Below, piece after piece: positions 60,303 to 64,000 of a stretch of DNA of 64,000 nt. Within the stretch, counting starts at the first letter, position 1; every line of letters starts with the position of its first letter. A program made the translations under genes and the position numbers. This stretch comes from Auanema rhodensis (lineage: Eukaryota; Animalia; Nematoda), in contig OZ059895.1 in assembly GCA_964057225.1 (NCBI GenBank), positions 23,932,001 to 23,996,000 on the forward strand, read 5' to 3'. The notes below the pieces were generated by a model, which was not told where the DNA came from, made no database searches, and worked only from the letters and a program-made list of their open reading frames with translations.

Positions 60303-60746
60303 TCTAAAAACAAATTTTTATTGATATTGGTGCATGGTAACCATGACTTTGAATTTTACGTGAACTTTAATTTATGCTAATTAAATGTACACGTGATGTG
60401 CACTTGGTATGTAACTCGCTTCACGTGAAAGATAAAGAGATGCGGTTTTCAAAATTAGATTCCCCATGTCCATATTAGTCTAAAAACAAATTTTTATTGA
60501 TATTGCTTCATGGTAACCATGACTTTGAAATTTACGTGAACTTTAATTTATGCTAATTAAATGTACACGTGATGTGCACTTGGTATGTAACTCGCTTCAC
60601 GTGAAAGATAAAGAGATGCGGTTTTCAAAATTAGATTCCCCATGTCCATATTAGTCTAAAAACAAATTTTTATTGATATTGGTGCATGGTAACCATGACT
60701 TTGAATTTTACGTGAACTTTAATTTATGCTAATTAAATGTACACGT

Positions 60747-61236
60747 TTGAACGGGTTTATTGTTCGAATCACAGGTTAAGAGCGGAAATAGTGTTAATAA
60801 ATAGAGAAAATTAAAGATATACAGAAGAACCTTACAATACAAACATACATAATAATAATTGGCTTGATATATGTAAAGAAACGAGTCGTGTATATTTCCT
60901 TTTATTATGATAGCGTACAGCACTACTGGTGTGTTAAAGTTTCGAAGTTCTAGTTAGGTAGAGGAGAGAAAATTTGTTCAGTGTAGATCACTGACCTCTG
61001 TATTATTCTGACAGGTGCGGTGGAACCCTTGACATGAGTCGAGCCCGTTCTGACAGTAAGAGGTAACTAACGCTTGATCCATATGACTAATGTCTATAGG
61101 ATTCGGAGCGTAGTAACAGGTCTCGGAGGTTAACTAGGAAACTGTCTAACTATAACATACAGTGAGGCTAGGAGGCTAGTAATAGGGAAAAAAAAATATA
61201 CATGAGAGGATTTCAAGTTACATTAATCAGAGCAGG
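60747..61236 (-). other. 3' UTR of the retrotransposon (~490 nt)
   Basis: Non-coding unique sequence between the ORF stop (TAA, 61237-61239) and the satellite junction. Confidence 0.85.
60756..60761 (-). promoter_or_regulatory. Candidate polyadenylation signal AATAAA, 9 nt from the element 3' end
   Basis: Plus-strand TTTATT. The minus strand reads ...GAACAATAAACCCGTTCAA|ACGTGT. Confidence 0.55.
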
Positions 61237-62868
61237 TTAAAAATCATTTAAAATAACAGATAGGTGTTTTCTGAAGCTGGAGGTTTTTCTCAGTTGAATG
61301 ATGTTTTCAGGAAGAGCGTTCCAGATTTGAATAGCTCTGTATTCAATTCCAGTTCTTGTTTCGCTTCTCCAAAGATCAGGATATTCAACATTCCATAGGT
61401 GCCTACGAAGTGAATGTGCGTAGTGCTTGATAGTAAAAAAATTAAGGCTGTTTTCTGGAATGTTTTTAGTTATCTGATTGTGATAGAAGACGAGATCAAT
61501 TAATAGTCTTCTAAAAGAAAGTTCCTTAGCTCCAAGAAACAATAGCTGGTTTTTGTAATCCAAAGCTATTTCGGCTCTCTTGAAAATAGCGTTTAAGAAC
61601 TTTTTTTGCACGGACTCAATGCGTGCTTTATCCTTGTTATTTTGAGGAGACCATACAACTGAGGCATATTCTAAAATAGGCCTGATATAGCAGCAAAACA
61701 GTTTAAACATCAAGGTTGGTGATCTAGAGTAAAAACAACGCAAGATAACACGACATTTGTGAGCAGCGATGTTAGAGATTCTATTTATATGGCTATTGAA
61801 AGAAAGATTATAGTCAGTACATACACCAAGATCTTTGTATGTTGTTACTGTGGCTAACGAGATGTTGCCAAATTTGAAAATTGTGTTTAATCTTGATGTA
61901 GTAGTGCTAGATATAATCATAACTTTAGATTTAGTAGTATTTACCTTCATACCGTTTAATAGACACCAGTTTTTCAGATTATCCAAGGCCAATTGTAAAC
62001 TTACAGGATTAGTGCTGCTTAGTTTGAGATCATCCGCATAGAGAGTTGGATGCACGTCATCTGGTAAGTTTGATGTGATGTCATTTATGTAAAATAAGAA
62101 AAGAAGTGGACCCAGAACTGTCCCTTGTGGAACTCCACAGGGCAAACGATTTTTAGCGGATAGAGAATAATTAACCAATACCGAGAAGGATCTATCAGTA
62201 ATGAAATTTTTGAGAAAGGAGTGAATACAGCCGTCGATACCAATTGATTTTAGTTTAGTTAAAAGAACAGAATGATTTATAAGATCGAAAGCCTTGGAGA
62301 AGTCAATGAAGGCAACATAAACAGGTCTTTTCTTGTCCACTGAAGATCTCCAGAGTACATGACTACTAAGAATTGCCGATACAGTATTGCGTTTTGGAAG
62401 AAAAGCAAACTGATTAGGTGAAATACAGCCAGAGGAAATACCAAAATCAAGAAGAGGTGAACGGAGATGACGTTCAAAAACTTTAGACAGACTGGATGTG
62501 AGAGAAATAGGACGATAATTAACCGGGTTTGAAGAAAGCCCTGATTTGAGAACAGGACGAATCCATGCTGTTTTCCAGTCAGCAGGGCAAGAGGAGGAAA
62601 TAAGAAGATTGTGAAAGACAAAGGCTAGAGGCTGAGAAATAGTAGAAGCACAATTTTTTAGGAAAAAATAAGGGATTCCGTCAGGAGAGGTTGATACCCG
62701 GAGAGGTAACTGACAGAGAATTTTGTAGACGTTGAGAGGGGACACATCAATAAAATCGATGATACCAGAAGAAGGGAAAAGAGGAGCATGTGCTGAAGAG
62801 ATAGGAAGAGGGTGAACAGAGAAGGTACTGGCAAAGATAGAAGCTTTGTCAGAATCAGACGAGACCAT
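61237..62868 (-). CDS. Reverse transcriptase, C-terminal part of LINE ORF2 (543 aa, uninterrupted; N-terminally truncated, so probably non-autonomous)
   Basis: Non-LTR RT motifs in order: SPDGIP, WKTAWIRPVLK, NYRPISLTS..KVFE, NQFAF, FIDFSKAFD, GVPQGTVLGPLLF..YIND, YADD (62029-62040), DLGV...LSF..HI and RPILEYASVVWSP...IESVQKKF. The last two are typical of CR1/T1/Q-like elements. Clade assignment is by motif recognition, not phylogeny. Confidence 0.92.
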   Translation of the reverse strand: MVSSDSDKASIFASTFSVHPLPISSAHAPLFPSSGIIDFIDVSPLNVYKILCQLPLRVSTSPDGIPYFFLKNCASTISQPLAFVFHNLLISSSCPADWKTAWIRPVLKSGLSSNPVNYRPISLTSSLSKVFERHLRSPLLDFGISSGCISPNQFAFLPKRNTVSAILSSHVLWRSSVDKKRPVYVAFIDFSKAFDLINHSVLLTKLKSIGIDGCIHSFLKNFITDRSFSVLVNYSLSAKNRLPCGVPQGTVLGPLLFLFYINDITSNLPDDVHPTLYADDLKLSSTNPVSLQLALDNLKNWCLLNGMKVNTTKSKVMIISSTTTSRLNTIFKFGNISLATVTTYKDLGVCTDYNLSFNSHINRISNIAAHKCRVILRCFYSRSPTLMFKLFCCYIRPILEYASVVWSPQNNKDKARIESVQKKFLNAIFKRAEIALDYKNQLLFLGAKELSFRRLLIDLVFYHNQITKNIPENSLNFFTIKHYAHSLRRHLWNVEYPDLWRSETRTGIEYRAIQIWNALPENIIQLRKTSSFRKHLSVILNDF

Positions 62869-64000
62869 GACTTTGAAATTTACGTGAACTTTAATTTATG
62901 CTAATTAAATGTACACGTGATGTGCACTTGGTATGTAACTTGCTTCACGTGAAAGATAAAGAGATGCGGTTTTCAAAATTAGATTCCCCATGTCCATATT
63001 AGTCTAAAAACAAATTTTTATTGATATTGGTTCATGGTAACCATGACTTTGAAATTTACGTGAACTTTAATTTATGCTAATTAAATGTACACGTGATGTG
63101 CACTTGGTACGTAACTCGCTTCACGTGAAAGATGAAGAGATGCGGTTTTCAAAATTAGATTCCCCATGTCCATATTAGTCTAAAAACAAATTTTTATTGA
63201 TATTGGTGCATGGTAACCATGACTTTGAAATTTACGTGAACTTTAATTTATGCTAATTAAATGTACACGTGATGTGCACTTGGTATGTAACTCGCTTCAC
63301 GTGAAAGATAAAGAGATGCGGTTTTCAAAATTAGATTCCCCATGTCCATATTAGTCTAAAAACAAACTTTTATTGATATTGGTTCATGGTAACCATGACT
63401 TTGAAATTTACGTGAACTTTAATTTATGCTAATTAAATGTACACGTGATGTGCACTTGGTATGTAACTCGCTTCACGTGAAAGATAAAGAGATGCGGTTT
63501 TCAAAATCAGATTCCCCATGTCCATATTAGTCTAAAAACAAATTTTTATTGATATTGGTGCATGGTAACCATGACTTTGAATTTTACGTGAACTTTAATT
63601 TATGCTAATTAAATGTACACGTGATGTGCACTTGGTATGTAACTCGCTTCACGTGAAAGATGAAGAGATGCGGTTTTCACAATTAGATTCCCCATGTCCA
63701 TATTAGTCTAAAAACAAATTTTTATTGATATTGGTTCATGGTAACCATGACTTTGAAATTTACGTGAACTTTAATTTATGCTAATTAAATGTACACGTGA
63801 TGTGCACTTGGTATGTAACTCGCTTCACGTGAAAGATGAAGAGATGCGGTTTTCACAATTAGATTCCCCATGTCCATATTAGTCTAAAAACAAATTTTTA
63901 TTGATATTGGTGCATGGTAACCATGACTTTGAATTTTACGTGAACTTTAATTTATGCTAATTAAATGTACACGTGATGTGCACTTGGTATGTAACTCGCT
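62864..64000 (+). repeat. 176-bp satellite array resumes, same orientation (~6.5 monomers, runs off the window)
   Basis: Matches the consensus from monomer position 38-41 (ACCATGACTTTGAAATTTACGTG) to the window end. The exact start is ambiguous, 62864-62867. Confidence 0.97.

Larger units (their letters stand above)
1..60746 (+). repeat. 176-bp tandem satellite array, ~346.5 head-to-tail monomers (putative centromeric/heterochromatic satellite)
   Basis: The unit TCTAAAAACAAATTTTTATTGATATTGGT(G/T)CATGGTAACCATGAC...CCCATGTCCATATTAG recurs at 1, 177, 353, 881, 2641 and onward. After adding back the internal deletions (28+5+5+4x51 = 242 bp), the length equals 346x176+92 exactly. GC is 57/176 by manual count. 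Centromeric function is inferred from monomer size and homogeneity only. Confidence 0.98.
60747..62863 (-). mobile_element. 5'-truncated non-LTR retrotransposon (LINE), CR1-like, inserted in the satellite
   Basis: A unique 2.1-kb block with sharp junctions (satellite ...TGTACACGT|TTGAACGGG on the left; ...CAGACGAG|ACCATGAC satellite on the right). It holds a LINE-type RT ORF followed by ~490 nt of 3' UTR. No LTRs or terminal inverted repeats are visible, and there is no ORF1 or APE endonuclease. Confidence 0.93.

Noticed and set aside
1-60746. CRISPR array interpretation (repeats next to an RT)
   Set aside because: There are no unique spacers or cas genes, and the RT is a eukaryotic non-LTR type, not a retron, DGR or group II intron RT.
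60692-60746. 55-bp target-site duplication
   Set aside because: The copies differ at a haplotype-diagnostic base, and any two monomers would appear duplicated in this array.
60729-60923. 64-aa minus-strand ORF
   Set aside because: AT-rich 3' UTR running into satellite, with no recognisable domain.
61013-61046. Pol III A/B-box-like motifs (AGGTGCGGTGG ... GAGTCGAGCCC), possible tRNA/SINE
   Set aside because: Both boxes mismatch the consensus, they are too close together, and there is no cloverleaf.
61188-61196. A9 run as a poly(A) tail
   Set aside because: It is internal and on the wrong strand (U9 in the element's sense).
61835-62621. 68-aa (+) and 114-aa (-) ORFs
   Set aside because: Shadow frames overlapping the RT ORF.

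Overview
Eukaryotic (most likely animal) tandem-repeat chromatin. About 97% of the window is one head-to-tail array of a 176-bp, ~32% GC satellite: about 346.5 monomers at 1-60746 and about 6.5 monomers at 62864-64000. Copies differ by only a few substitutions. The monomer size is typical of centromeric/heterochromatic satellites, but I do not recognise the family. The array is interrupted once by a 2.1-kb, 5'-truncated CR1-like non-LTR retrotransposon on the minus strand (60747-~62865). It has an uninterrupted 543-aa reverse-transcriptase ORF, no endonuclease domain, a ~490-nt hairpin-containing 3' UTR and no poly(A) or microsatellite tail. Monomer variants show (i) local block duplications of 5-20 monomers, (ii) two haplotype domains meeting at ~33-35 kb, (iii) recurrent deleted monomers, (iv) extensive dyad symmetry, including two linked variants that perfect an inverted repeat, and (v) that the insertion has no true target-site duplication and probably replaced ~650 bp of array. 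'Monomer position' below is numbered as in window bases 1-176. No host genes, RNA genes or CRISPR arrays are supported.
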